Positions 8,878 through 19,749 of a stretch of 32,000 nt of DNA are shown in pieces. The position numbers and the translations under genes are program-made. The stretch is from Syntrophomonas sp. GTDB taxonomy: Bacteria; Bacillota; Syntrophomonadia; Syntrophomonadales; Syntrophomonadaceae. Under the pieces are notes generated by a model. It did no database searches. It was given only the letters and a program-made list of their open reading frames with translations, and was not told where the DNA came from. Each line of letters starts with the position of its first letter. Position 1 is the first letter of the stretch. Location: NCBI GenBank assembly GCA_036677685.1, contig JAVBWA010000012.1, forward strand, positions 201,601-233,600, given 5' to 3'.

Positions 8878-10095
8878 TTATTGCATCGGCTCCACCAAAA
8901 CGGCGACGCTTACTTTAAAAACATCTATGCCCGGCTCAATTTTAACGAAGCCGTCGTGCTTTTCCGCCAGGTATTCAACGGTTCTGAGTCCAAAGCCATG
9001 ACTGGCTGGATCGGATTTGCTGCTGCGCACCTTGCCTTCCTGAATCAATGCTTCCCCAGTGCTGGGATTCTCTACTTGAATTACAAGATAATCCGGTTTA
9101 TAAAGCAGGCTCAAACCAATATACCGGCTGTTTTCCCCCAATGCGGCACAGGCCTCAATCGCATTGTCCAGCAGGTTCCCCAGAATCACGGTAAGGTCGA
9201 ATTCATTGAGCTCCAACGCTTCCGGAACGCTGATGTCCAGCCTGAGCTCGATCTTGCTGTCCCGTGCGGCGGACAATTTGTAGTTCAGCATCGCCCGCAC
9301 CATGGAATACGGAATATTCACAAGGTTCCGGTACTCCTCGGCGGTTTTTACCTGTTGTTTCACGTAGCCCCTGGCCTGCTTCGTTTCCCCGCCTTCCAAA
9401 AGGCCGTAGATGACCCCCAGATGATTGTTAAAATCGTGCCTCTCCGATTTCAATTTATAGATAAGCGACTCCAGGTTTTCCATATAATAAAGCTGCTGGC
9501 GATAATATTCCTCGATGGTTCTGGCGTATGCCTCGCTGCGGGCTTTCTCCTTCATATATGTATTGGAATATACGATAATCAGAACCGCCATGGTAAGCAT
9601 TATGACCAACATGTGAATCGGCAGGTCAAGCAGGCTGACATATTTGTCATTACCTACTGCCAACGAGCCGCTATAATATGCATCCCGACAGATTAACAGC
9701 AATTCCACCGCCAACATCGACACAACCATTACAATCCTAAAGCGCCCCGATAGTACTATGCTGACAAAGGCAATGAATATAATGGCATAATATGGCATTG
9801 AACCGTTGCTTCCATTGCTGACTATCCAGTTGTAGGGAAAGAAAGCAAATACAAACACACCCATTGATACAACGGATACCACATTAAAATAGCCTCTCAC
9901 CCTGGAGAGATAGTAGGTTAAAATCCAGCACCCGACAAAGGAAAGGTCAATCAATATGTCTGCCCTATAGTATAAGTCCATAATCGTACCGAAAGCAGTC
10001 ATACAAATCCCGAGCAGTATTACAAAATTGAATATTCGCTCCTCAAAGGTAAAATGCTCCGCGTCTCCGATAATCCTGCCGCTCATTCCCTTCAT
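8878..10095 (-). CDS. Sensor histidine kinase, AgrC/ComD-like (HPK10, GHKL ATPase), polytopic N-terminus
   Basis: About 6 predicted TM helices. H-box ERHDFNNHLGVIYGLL, N-box LGNLLDNAIEA, G-box HGFGLRTV. The start ATG overlaps the response-regulator stop (ATGA at 10092-10095). Confidence 0.9.
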   Translation of the reverse strand: MKGMSGRIIGDAEHFTFEERIFNFVILLGICMTAFGTIMDLYYRADILIDLSFVGCWILTYYLSRVRGYFNVVSVVSMGVFVFAFFPYNWIVSNGSNGSMPYYAIIFIAFVSIVLSGRFRIVMVVSMLAVELLLICRDAYYSGSLAVGNDKYVSLLDLPIHMLVIMLTMAVLIIVYSNTYMKEKARSEAYARTIEEYYRQQLYYMENLESLIYKLKSERHDFNNHLGVIYGLLEGGETKQARGYVKQQVKTAEEYRNLVNIPYSMVRAMLNYKLSAARDSKIELRLDISVPEALELNEFDLTVILGNLLDNAIEACAALGENSRYIGLSLLYKPDYLVIQVENPSTGEALIQEGKVRSSKSDPASHGFGLRTVEYLAEKHDGFVKIEPGIDVFKVSVAVLVEPMQ

Positions 10096-10823
10096 TGTTC
10101 TTCCTTTCCAGCGAACAGTCTTCGGGCCAGCATTTCCTTAATATTTTCAACGTAAGACCGGCTCACCGGCAGCTGCAGATTTCCGTTCAGAAATAAGGTC
10201 TTATCGCGAAAGCCCCTGATTTTGTCCACATTAGCAATGTACCCCTGGTGGCATTGAATAAATGAATTTGCATCAATTTGTTCAATAAGCCTGGCTAGAT
10301 TCCCGTAGTAGTAAATGTCGCGGTTGACGGTATGGACTTTTATTCTATGGCCAATTTTTTCGAAATAACAAATATCGCTGTAGTTTAGACAAATAATTTC
10401 GCCTTTGGTCTGAACGGTAAAGGTTTTGGCCGGTTCGTTCGCACTCTCCTTCTTGATAAAGCTCAACGCTTCTTCCAGCACATAATGAAATTTTTCTTCG
10501 GTCAATGGCTTTAGCAAATAATGAAAGGCTCTTATCCGGAAGGCTTCCATGGCATATTTTTCATAAGCGGTAATGTAGACGATAATGGTATCTTTATATA
10601 ATGCCTTGATTTTCTCCCCTAATTGGATGCCGTTCGTTTTACCCATGTCGATATCCAGGAATACCAACTGCGGCTTGTTCACTTTCAGCTTCATCAAAAA
10701 GTCTTCCGAATCTGTTGATTTGACAATCGCAAATTCGTCGCCGCCTTGATAATTATTCAGATATTGTATGAACAATTCAATTTGTTCAGGGCAATCATCA
10801 CAGATACCAATTGTGAATGCCAT
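10092..10823 (-). CDS. LytTR-family response regulator
   Basis: Receiver domain (FLDIDMGKTNGIQLGEKIK, YITAYEKYAMEAF) plus a C-terminal LytTR DNA-binding domain (IHRSYIANV-type: IQCHQGYIANVDKIRGF...LPVSRSY). Confidence 0.92.
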   Translation of the reverse strand: MAFTIGICDDCPEQIELFIQYLNNYQGGDEFAIVKSTDSEDFLMKLKVNKPQLVFLDIDMGKTNGIQLGEKIKALYKDTIIVYITAYEKYAMEAFRIRAFHYLLKPLTEEKFHYVLEEALSFIKKESANEPAKTFTVQTKGEIICLNYSDICYFEKIGHRIKVHTVNRDIYYYGNLARLIEQIDANSFIQCHQGYIANVDKIRGFRDKTLFLNGNLQLPVSRSYVENIKEMLARRLFAGKEEQ

Positions 10824-11197
10824 TATCTCACTTCTTTCGCTTCAACGATAGTAAGCAGGTTTTTGCTAACTTCACTCCATTTTTCTATTATACCAATCCC
10901 TTAAAATCGCAAAAATAGAGAAAAGGTATTGGTGGGGCTTGATCTCCGACCAGTGGTTTAATTTGATCCTCTAAGCACATTGGATTAATAGACAAGTCTT
11001 TTAATCCCAGTAGCACTTCTCTTAATAGGTTTTTTATGAACTTATAGTAATAGTTTCCTAAACACCATGATTTAGATTTCCTCTAATCTAACAAAATTTT
11101 TGGATATATGCCATTATAAACCGGTTCCACATTACTAATATCGAAAACTTCAATATAGTACTTCCTCTATTCTGTCTGTTCCCCAATTTATGCAGAC

Positions 11198-11231
11198 CCA
11201 AAAAATACGCCTGCATAAAAGCAGACGTATT
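11198..11231 (-). terminator. Rho-independent terminator downstream of the Rh-transporter remnant
   Basis: Minus-strand RNA AAUACGUCUGC-UUUUAU-GCAGGCGUAUU followed by UUUU: an 11-bp stem with one G-U pair. Confidence 0.6.
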
Positions 11232-11284
11232 CTTGAAACTCCATCAAACAAGGCAACTATTTTGTTTATCCATTCTTGGCAGTC

Positions 11285-11649
11285 TTATTCAGATAATAAA
11301 AACTCCTCTTCATCACTATATGGAACTTCCTTGGTACCAAGAAGCCCGATAATAAATCCGGTCAGTTTGCCGCATACAAAAGCAATTAATACTGTAGCAA
11401 TAATGCCCAGTATTTGAGTTTGGGCAGCACAAGTATTATTCCGGTTATACCTCCGAAAACCCCGGGCAAGCCATGCAGACTGTGAACTCCGCAGGTATCG
11501 GTTCCCTTGATAGGATTTTCTATCTTGGGAGCAATAATCGTATAGCCTATGGTACTTAAAGCGCCGGCTGCGATACAAATCAACATTACATAACCAGGGT
11601 TGGTCAAACTTATAAAATCGAACCCCCTGAGCTGAACAAATAATTCCAT
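11285..11649 (-). pseudogene. C-terminal remnant of an Rh-type (Rh50/Amt superfamily) ammonium transporter, frameshifted and 5'-truncated
   Basis: Two overlapping track ORFs are one broken gene. Frame A reads ...IAAGALSTIGYTIIAPKIENPIKGTDTCGVHSLHGLPGVFGGITGIILV (the Rh signature DTCGVH-LHG-PG). It continues after a 1-nt shift near 11410-11430 in frame B: AAQTQILGIIATVLIAFVCGKLTGFIIGLLGTKEVPYSDEEEF. The N-terminal part of the transporter, by far the larger part, is missing. Confidence 0.7.
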
Positions 11650-11762
11650 ACCTTATTGCTATTGTCATTTTGATATTTTAAAGAATATTGTATATTTGCT
11701 GGTATACAAAGCCCTGTATTCCTTAGTTAATTTAAACCTTTTGAATCCAAGCTTTAAGTTGA

Positions 11763-11798
11763 AAGCCGGCACTCCCCAAATTTCGAAAGTGCCGGCTT
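11763..11798 (-). terminator. GC-rich hairpin after metY stop
   Basis: AAGCCGGCACT / AGTGCCGGCTT: 11-bp perfect stem with a 14-nt loop, starting 9 nt after the metY stop. The minus-strand U-tract is poor, so function is uncertain. Confidence 0.45.
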
Positions 11799-11806
11799 GT
11801 TTATGA

Positions 11807-13153
<1,347 letters not shown>

Positions 13154-13272
13154 TTACTAATTTTATATTGGCGTTTTACTAGGGTATCAAGAAACAATTA
13201 TAAAAATTCTAATAGGGTCATGATTTGAATTTTTGTTTGCTTACTTCGAATGAAAAATCGATAAGAATAGAG

Positions 13273-14433
13273 TCAGTTTTGCGATAAGGACCAAATAAGC
13301 CTGGAGCGCTCAACCAGTCCGGGCAGGATATCCATCAATCTGTCAATATCCTCTTCGCTGTTGTCTTGGCCCAGGCTCAAGCGTAAAGCGCCAAGCGCGA
13401 CTTCGTTTTTCAGCCCCAGAGCTCTTAAAACATGGGAAGCTTGAAATGAATTGGTGCTGCAGGCGGCGGCGCTGGAAGCAGATATGCCTTCAGCATCAAG
13501 AAAATTGACTACCGCATCACCTTCCACTCCCGGGAACACGAAACTGGCGTGCCCGGGAAGGCGGTAGCCAGGTTGCCCGGTAAGATAGCTCTCGGGAATC
13601 TCGGCGAGCACTCGATTTACCAGTACTTTGCCGAGTTGTTCGAGATGTGCCGTTCGCTGCTGCATATTATGAGCAGCCATTTCAGCGGCTTTTCCCAAAC
13701 CAATAATACCCGGAAGATTTTCGGTTCCCGATCTTATTTTGCGTTCCTGCCCCCCGCCATAGGTTTGCGCCTCAAGCTTGATTCCCGACCGTACATACAG
13801 AACCCCGACCCCTTTGGGCCCATAGAATTTGTGAGCCGATAAGGACAATAAATCAACCTTTAGGGCCTTTACATCGATGGGGATACGACCCGCAGATTGA
13901 ACCGCATCAGTATGAAAAAGTATTTTATGCTCCCTGGCTATTTCGCCAATATCCGCCAAAGGCTGCAGCGTGCCTATTTCATTATTAGCGTGCATAATAC
14001 TGATCAGGGCAGTATCCTCGCGAATAACCTTTTTCAAGGTGTCCAGGTTTATGCTGCCATAAAAATCTACCGGCAGAACCGATACTTCAAAACCCATCCG
14101 GGCCAGCTGCTGAAATGAATTCAACACCGCATGATGTTCTATCGCAGAAGTAATAAGGTGTCGGCCCTGGTTTTGCCGGGCCAGGGCGGAGCCGATAATA
14201 GCCAGATTGTCCGCTTCAGTACCCCCGCTGGTAAACACAATTTCTTGCGGCTCGGCCCCGATGAGCGAAGCCACCTGTTTGCGGGCGGTTTCTAAAAGCA
14301 ATTTGGCTTCGCGTCCCTGACTGTGCAAACTGGATGGATTCCCCCACCCTTTAGTCATGGCTTCCATCATGGCTTCCGCGACCTCGGGGTCTACCGGGGT
14401 GGTCGCACTGTGATCCATATATATTCTTTTCAA
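13273..14433 (-). CDS. nifS: Cysteine desulfurase, NifS/IscS family (second paralog)
   Basis: MKRIYMDHSATTPVDP..., PLP Lys SAHKFYGPKG, active-site loop SSAAACSTNS. The TTG start is supported by N-terminal homology to the other paralog (MREIYLDHSATTPVDP) and by AAGGGG 8 nt upstream. Confidence 0.9.
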   Translation of the reverse strand: MKRIYMDHSATTPVDPEVAEAMMEAMTKGWGNPSSLHSQGREAKLLLETARKQVASLIGAEPQEIVFTSGGTEADNLAIIGSALARQNQGRHLITSAIEHHAVLNSFQQLARMGFEVSVLPVDFYGSINLDTLKKVIREDTALISIMHANNEIGTLQPLADIGEIAREHKILFHTDAVQSAGRIPIDVKALKVDLLSLSAHKFYGPKGVGVLYVRSGIKLEAQTYGGGQERKIRSGTENLPGIIGLGKAAEMAAHNMQQRTAHLEQLGKVLVNRVLAEIPESYLTGQPGYRLPGHASFVFPGVEGDAVVNFLDAEGISASSAAACSTNSFQASHVLRALGLKNEVALGALRLSLGQDNSEEDIDRLMDILPGLVERSRLIWSLSQN

Positions 14434-14502
14434 CTCTACCGCCCCTTGTATTTGATTCTAACAACTTGATAAAAATTCATAGCTTTATCACACTTTATCA
14501 AA

Positions 14503-14877
14503 TCAGGATTTTTCCCGGCGCGCAATACTGTCCTTAATAGCCTGGTGCATGGCATCAGCCGCCAGGTTGGAACAATGCATTTTCACCGGGGGTAGTCCGT
14601 CCAACGCTTCGGCAACGGCTCGGTTGGTGATGCGTTCGGCTTCTTCCAGGGTTTTGCCCTTCACCATTTCGGTAACCATGCTGCTGGTGGCAATGGCTGC
14701 GACACAGCCGAAAGTCTTGAATTTTATATCTTCAATGATATCATCCTTGACCTGAATCTCGATATGCATAATATCACCGCAGACCGGATTGCCTACTTCA
14801 CCTACTCCGTCCGCTCTATCCAGGGCTCCAACATTGCGAGGATTCATAAAATGATCCATAACTTTTTGTGAATACAT
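14503..14877 (-). CDS. nifU: Fe-S cluster assembly scaffold NifU/IscU
   Basis: MYSQKVMDHFMNPRNVG...GNPVCGD...KFKTFGCVAAIA...MHCSNLA carries the three conserved IscU cysteines. The ATG at 14877 shares one nt with the upstream nifS TGA (TGATG). Confidence 0.92.
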   Translation of the reverse strand: MYSQKVMDHFMNPRNVGALDRADGVGEVGNPVCGDIMHIEIQVKDDIIEDIKFKTFGCVAAIATSSMVTEMVKGKTLEEAERITNRAVAEALDGLPPVKMHCSNLAADAMHQAIKDSIARREKS

Positions 14878-16049
14878 CACTTGCTTCCCCCTTTGCTATA
14901 CAATGGCGACATTCTTCGCAGATTACCGATTATTTTGGGTAAAACCCCAAGTACAAAATCAACGTCCTCTTCGGTATTATCCTTTCCCAAAGTTAAGCGC
15001 AGCGATCCATGCGCTATCTCATGGGGAAGCCCGATAGCCAGCAGCACATGGGAAGGTTCCAATGAACCCGAGGTGCAGGCTGAGCCGCTGGATGCCATCA
15101 CCCCGTAACTATCCAGCATCAGCAGGATCGATTCCCCTTCCACGAATTCAAAGCATACGCTGACGCTTCCCGGGACCCGGTTTTGCAGATCGCCGGTGGT
15201 AATGGTATGCGGAATCTGCTCCAGGATTCCCTCGCGAAGTTTTCCGGCCAGTTTGTTTAAATGCCCGGCTATTTCGCTCATGCGGCTTTGGGCCAGTTCA
15301 GCGGCCTGTCCGAACCCTACAATACCGGGAATGTTTTCCGTACCGGCTCTCATTTTGTTCTCCTGGGAACCGCCGTGCAACAGGTTGCCAATTTTGGTGC
15401 CTTTTTTGATAAACAGACAGCCGACTCCTTTGGGACCGTACAGCTTATGGCTGGAGGCTGAAAGCATATCAATGCCCATGCTGTTAACATCGATGGCAAT
15501 CTTACCAGCCGTTTGCACCGCATCGGTATGAAAAGCCGCGCCAGCCTGGTGGGCTATGGCCGCCAATTCCGCAATGGGCTGAATGGTCCCTATTTCATTA
15601 TTAGCATGCATAATGGTAACCAGGGTAGTGTCAGGCTGCATAGCCTGTTTGAGAACCTCCGGCTCCACTGATCCCAAAGAATTGACCGGCAAAACGGTAA
15701 TATCAAAGCCATTTTTCCGGAGAAACTCACTGGTATCCAGTACGGCGTGATGTTCAACCGCCGATGTAATTAAATGCTTGCCTTTGTGGGTATTGCTGAG
15801 CATATAGGAAACAATGGCTTGATTATCGGCCTCGGTGCCGCCGCTGGTAAAAAATATTTCTCCGGCTTTGGCATTGATCAAGTCTGCAACTTGATCCCGG
15901 GCTTTTTCCAAGGCCTTTCTGGCCTCCCGTCCCTTGGCGTGCACGCTGGAAGGATTACCAAATATATCGTTATAGTAGGGTATCATGGCGTCAAAAACCT
16001 TCGGGTCAACCGGAGTGGTTGCGCTGTGATCCAAATATATTTCCCGCAT
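14877..16049 (-). CDS. nifS: Cysteine desulfurase, NifS/IscS family
   Basis: MREIYLDHSATTPVDPKVFDAM..., SSHKLYGPKG, SSGSACTSGSLEPSHVL. It starts 6 nt after the rrf2 stop, with RBS AGAGGTGA. Confidence 0.92.
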   Translation of the reverse strand: MREIYLDHSATTPVDPKVFDAMIPYYNDIFGNPSSVHAKGREARKALEKARDQVADLINAKAGEIFFTSGGTEADNQAIVSYMLSNTHKGKHLITSAVEHHAVLDTSEFLRKNGFDITVLPVNSLGSVEPEVLKQAMQPDTTLVTIMHANNEIGTIQPIAELAAIAHQAGAAFHTDAVQTAGKIAIDVNSMGIDMLSASSHKLYGPKGVGCLFIKKGTKIGNLLHGGSQENKMRAGTENIPGIVGFGQAAELAQSRMSEIAGHLNKLAGKLREGILEQIPHTITTGDLQNRVPGSVSVCFEFVEGESILLMLDSYGVMASSGSACTSGSLEPSHVLLAIGLPHEIAHGSLRLTLGKDNTEEDVDFVLGVLPKIIGNLRRMSPLYSKGGSK

Positions 16050-16055
16050 TGTTCT

Positions 16056-16523
16056 TCACCTCTTATCATTATTGTCTTGCTTAGATATCGTTACAGGGCT
16101 TTGCTCCCCTGCCGCAGATCCCTTTACTAAATCTTCCAGTGTATACGAATCCAAGACCTCGGAAATTGAGTCCCGCAAACGCGACCATACCTGCCGGGTC
16201 ACACAGTACTCGGCCCTGTTGCAGTCATCCGGGTTTAGCTCGCTCACGCATTCCACCGGGGCAATTGGCCCTTCAAGAGTGCGAACCACATCCCCAACCG
16301 TTATTTTGGCGGCATTTCGGCCCAGAATATAACCTCCCTGAGATCCGCGCACACTCTTAACCAGCCCGGCTTGTTTTAAAGGAGTCAGCAATTGTTCTAG
16401 GTACCTTCCAGATAAATTCTGACGGTCCGCAATAGTGTTAATTGCCACCGGCCCCATTTCCTGTTTTTGGGCAATATCAATCATAGCTCGCAGTCCATAT
16501 CTGCCTTTAGTTGACAACCTCAT
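16056..16523 (-). CDS. Rrf2-family transcriptional regulator (IscR/CymR-like)
   Basis: MRLSTKGRYGLRAMIDIA... winged-helix N-terminus. It has a cysteine set (C-x7-C-x5-C: PVECVSELNPDDCNRAEYC) compatible with Fe-S ligation. Confidence 0.9.
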   Translation of the reverse strand: MRLSTKGRYGLRAMIDIAQKQEMGPVAINTIADRQNLSGRYLEQLLTPLKQAGLVKSVRGSQGGYILGRNAAKITVGDVVRTLEGPIAPVECVSELNPDDCNRAEYCVTRQVWSRLRDSISEVLDSYTLEDLVKGSAAGEQSPVTISKQDNNDKR

Positions 16524-16572
16524 TCAATCATCCCTTCTCCCTGCCAAACTCAATACTATAGAACCCCCGCAG

Positions 16573-17493
16573 CTATGAAGCCAGGTAAATCATAGCCTCC
16601 AGAGCTCTGGCCGCTTTTTGCCTGATCTCCTCGGGAACCGTAACTATTGTTTGCTTTTGCTCAATGGAATACAGTATTTTATCCAGGGTTATACTTTTCA
16701 TATTGGGGCATATCAATTCTTCGGCAGCCAGGATCAGGTTGACTTCAGGACGTGCCTTAAGAATCGGATGGAAGATCCCCTTCTCAGTTCCTATTATAAA
16801 TTGTTTGTCTTCGGATTTGGCAACATAGTCCAAAATCCCGGCAGTACTGCCGGCATAATGAGCTTCGGCCAGAATCTCAGGCTTGCATTCCGGATGAACC
16901 AGAACTTGAGCCTTGGGAAATTGTTGCTTGAGATTTTTTATACTATCTAAAGCTACATGATCATGAATCGGGCAAAAGGAGGGGTAAGCTTCCAGGTTCC
17001 GGTCCAGTTTCTTGGCCACATTGGCGGCCAGGTTCTGATCAGGAACAAAGAACACTTCCCGGTCCGGCGGCAGTTTGCGTATTATTTTTTCCGCATTCGA
17101 TGATGTACAGCACACGTCACTTACCGCTTTAACCTCAGCGGGTGTATTCACATAGGTAACAACAATGCAATCGGGATGTGCTTCCCGGTACTTGACAACC
17201 TGTTCGGCAGTTATGCTGTTGGCCATGGGACAGGTAGCCGCCGGTTCCGGGGAAAGCACGGTGCGTCCCGGGCAAAGAATGGCGGCCGTTTCAGCCATAA
17301 AATCGACTCCCGCCACAAGAATTGTGGCGCTGCTCGAATTCCGGGCGGCCAAGGCCATCGCATAAGAGTCTCCTACAAAATCGGCAATATCCTGAATCTC
17401 ATTCCGTTGGTAATAATGGGCGATAATGTATATATCATCCCGTTTTTTTCTATCCAATATATCCAGGCTGATGGAGCTTTCACGCTGGTTCAT
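16573..17493 (-). CDS. nadA: Quinolinate synthase
   Basis: IIAHYYQRNEIQDIADFVGDSYAMA..., VAGVDFMAETAAIL, CPMA, CCTSSNA: typical NadA motifs. 306 aa. Confidence 0.92.
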   Translation of the reverse strand: MNQRESSISLDILDRKKRDDIYIIAHYYQRNEIQDIADFVGDSYAMALAARNSSSATILVAGVDFMAETAAILCPGRTVLSPEPAATCPMANSITAEQVVKYREAHPDCIVVTYVNTPAEVKAVSDVCCTSSNAEKIIRKLPPDREVFFVPDQNLAANVAKKLDRNLEAYPSFCPIHDHVALDSIKNLKQQFPKAQVLVHPECKPEILAEAHYAGSTAGILDYVAKSEDKQFIIGTEKGIFHPILKARPEVNLILAAEELICPNMKSITLDKILYSIEQKQTIVTVPEEIRQKAARALEAMIYLAS

Positions 17494-17593
17494 TGGTTCA
17501 CTTCCCTTGTTCGACTTTGACTAATTTAAAATAAATCTGGGATCAATATATCATATACCCTATAGTTTTACTAGTTGTATCTTAAAACATTTT

Positions 17594-18388
17594 TCAGTCC
17601 ATTACTATTTTTTCCGGATGAGTATAAATACTGAAGCACTTGCCACGGGCAAAACCTACCACGCAAAGCTCCAGTTCTTCAGCCAATTCCAAGGTCAACT
17701 CGGTCGGAGCGGCCCGTGACAAAATTACTGGTATGCTGCCGCGGGTGGCCTTGATTAAAATTTCCGAAGCCACCCGGCCGCTCAAAAGCAGGCACTTATT
17801 AGATATTGGCAGATCATTCAAAAACGCATATCCCAACACTTTATCAACAGCGTTGTGTCTTCCGATATCCTCATAATGAATAATTATTCCCGATTCGTCA
17901 GCCAGAGCCGCACTGTGCACCCCTCCGGTCAAGTGAAAAGATTTCGCCCTTTGCTCCAGTTCGGCCATCAAAACCTGAATTTGATCGAACGGAAGCTGCC
18001 AATCGGATTTTACCGGCTGCAGTTGGCGGGCATCATTAATAAAATAAAGGCCGGCGCGGCCTTTGCCGCAGCAACTGGCAACATGCCTCCGCAAAAAATT
18101 ATCGGTTTGCGCAATGGGTTCATAGGTCTCAATCCAAAGCAGGCCATCCTCTTCGCGAAGCCGGATGTCTTCGATCTGCGAGCGGGCCTGGAGCAGTCCT
18201 TCACTGAGCAGAAACCCAACAGTAAGCTCTTTTAACCCTCCCGGAGAGCAGATTAAGGTTGCCAGTTCATTATGATTGAGAAAAACCGTTAAAGGCTTTT
18301 CCGTGACAACCGATACCTCCTTTTTCTCAATACTTTTTCCATCGTACATTAGTATTTCCCGGTTTACATAAAGCGGCCAGCCTGACAA
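17594..18388 (-). CDS. fdhD: Formate dehydrogenase accessory sulfurtransferase FdhD
   Basis: GGVHSAAL and EDIGRHNAVDKVLG motifs. TTG start with GGAAGGAGG 8 nt upstream; an ATG 13 codons in is an alternative. Confidence 0.85.
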   Translation of the reverse strand: MSGWPLYVNREILMYDGKSIEKKEVSVVTEKPLTVFLNHNELATLICSPGGLKELTVGFLLSEGLLQARSQIEDIRLREEDGLLWIETYEPIAQTDNFLRRHVASCCGKGRAGLYFINDARQLQPVKSDWQLPFDQIQVLMAELEQRAKSFHLTGGVHSAALADESGIIIHYEDIGRHNAVDKVLGYAFLNDLPISNKCLLLSGRVASEILIKATRGSIPVILSRAAPTELTLELAEELELCVVGFARGKCFSIYTHPEKIVMD

Positions 18389-18413
18389 TTTATCGGCCTC
18401 CTTCCATCAAAAA

Positions 18414-19361
18414 TTACTCTATGTGCCATCTCCCGTCACCCGGATTGCACAACCTGGTCAAATCATATGGTGTTTCTTGATATACGTGGTAATTCAGCCA
18501 GTTGGCAAACATCAAATTCGCATGTCCGCGCCACCTGACCAACGGTGTTCCGGATGAATCATCATCCGGGTAATAATTAACGGGCACTGCTATATCCAGT
18601 CCTTTGGCAATATCACGTTCGTACTCCGCTTTCAGGGTAAGCGGATCGTATTCGGAATGCCCGGTAACAAAAATCTGACGGCAGTCCTGGTTGACCACAA
18701 TATAGACACCGGCCTCCTCGGATTCCGATAATATTTCCAGCCGCGCAACCTTTTCTATATCTCCTCTGCGTACTTCCGAATGGCGGGAGTGGGGAGCGTA
18801 AAACTCATCGTCAAATCCTCTGAGCAGCGGTACATTTTGTTTAAGTACCCGGTGGGTAAAAATGCCAAACATTTTTTCATCCAACGGATACTTGGGCACA
18901 CCGTAATGGTAGTACAGTCCTGCTTGAGCGGCCACACAGATATGCAGGGTAGCCCAAACATGCTTTTTGGTCCATTCCAAAACTTCCGACAGTTCTTCCC
19001 AGTAAGTCCATTCTTCATAATCAAGCTGTTCAACGGGTGCCCCGGTTATAATCATGCCGTCAAATTTCTGTTCTTTGATCTGAGAAAAAGTCGTGTAAAA
19101 ATTCTGCAAGTGCTCTTCCGCAGTATTTTTGGATTCATGGCTTTCCATATGCAGCAGGATTATCTCCACCTGCAGGGGAGTGTTGGACAGAAGTCTTAAT
19201 AATTGAGTTTCGGTTACGATCTTTTGCGGCATCAAATTCAAAATGACAATTCGCAAAGGGCGTATATCCTGATGCACAGCCCTTTTCTCTTTCATTACAA
19301 AGATATTCTCGCCCTGGAGTATAGCACTGGCCGGGAGATTATCCGGTATAATAATAGGCAT
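18414..19361 (-). CDS. metA: Homoserine O-acyltransferase (MetA family)
   Basis: [23 protein letters not shown]...[23 protein letters not shown]...; the catalytic Cys lies in [10 protein letters not shown]. Full length, 315 aa. Confidence 0.92.
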   Translation of the reverse strand: MPIIIPDNLPASAILQGENIFVMKEKRAVHQDIRPLRIVILNLMPQKIVTETQLLRLLSNTPLQVEIILLHMESHESKNTAEEHLQNFYTTFSQIKEQKFDGMIITGAPVEQLDYEEWTYWEELSEVLEWTKKHVWATLHICVAAQAGLYYHYGVPKYPLDEKMFGIFTHRVLKQNVPLLRGFDDEFYAPHSRHSEVRRGDIEKVARLEILSESEEAGVYIVVNQDCRQIFVTGHSEYDPLTLKAEYERDIAKGLDIAVPVNYYPDDDSSGTPLVRWRGHANLMFANWLNYHVYQETPYDLTRLCNPGDGRWHIE

Positions 19362-19482
19362 ATTCTAATACTCCCCTCAAAAATTTGTTTGTTTATCTAT
19401 CTTTATCAATGCATATAAATAATATTTATATCTGGTTCGCATTCATTTCTCGTCCATTGATAAGATACCTTTCATCCCATAT

Positions 19483-19611
19483 TTAAAAATTCCAATTGAC
19501 TATCCTCTTTATCGTGCCTCCCCCGATCACCCGGTCACCCTGGTAAAAAACCGCCGCCTGCCCGGGTGTCACCGCTCTTTGAGGATAATCAAAATCAACC
19601 CTGGCCTCATC
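19483..19611 (-). pseudogene. C-terminal 42-codon remnant of tRNA 2-thiouridylase MnmA
   Basis: The minus-strand frame reads [42 protein letters not shown], which is the conserved MnmA C-terminus (PQRAxTPGQxxVFY...GGG.I). An in-frame TAG lies immediately upstream, so nothing else of the gene is left. Confidence 0.65.
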
Positions 19612-19661
19612 CTAAAAAGAATTTTAGTATCAAGTGAATTATCTATACTATTTTTATAGGC

Positions 19662-19690
19662 ATTATAGGGTATTTAGAACTGAATTTCAA
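19662..19690 (-). promoter_or_regulatory. Sigma-70-type promoter for metA (TTGAAA-17-TATAAT)
   Basis: Minus strand: TTGAAA (19690-19685), a 17-nt spacer, TATAAT (19667-19662). This is about 300 nt upstream of the metA ATG. The TAGGGTAT motif overlaps the -10. Confidence 0.55.
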
Positions 19691-19749
19691 TCATTTTGGA
19701 GATAAAGGCAAAATTGCTGGCCCTATCCCCTACTAGAGTCACAAATATT

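Noticed and set aside
8866-9696. A 276-aa plus-strand ORF.
   Set aside because: It is antisense to the histidine-kinase gene, which has H, N and G boxes. It has no domain signal of its own.
11285-11668. Two overlapping minus-strand ORFs (127 aa and 87 aa), which could be read as two small genes.
   Set aside because: Only parts of each frame look like protein. Joined across a 1-nt shift, they give a continuous Rh-transporter C-terminus, so this is one frameshifted pseudogene.
14466-14501. An AT-rich inverted repeat TTGATAAA...TTTATCAA with a third CTTTATCA copy, directly after the nifU stop.
   Set aside because: It is an 8-bp all-A/T stem with a 20-nt loop, too weak to call a terminator or operator. 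It may just be low-complexity spacer.
19500-19600. A GC-rich, hairpin-prone element in the metA leader that looked like a riboswitch. It has a P1-like UAUCCUC...GAGGAUA pairing and an internal CACCCGG/CCGGGUG pairing.
   Set aside because: It lacks the S-box (GAGGGA / GCAACC) and T-box core sequences. It translates cleanly into the conserved C-terminus of MnmA ([23 protein letters not shown]), so it is a gene remnant and not a dedicated RNA element.
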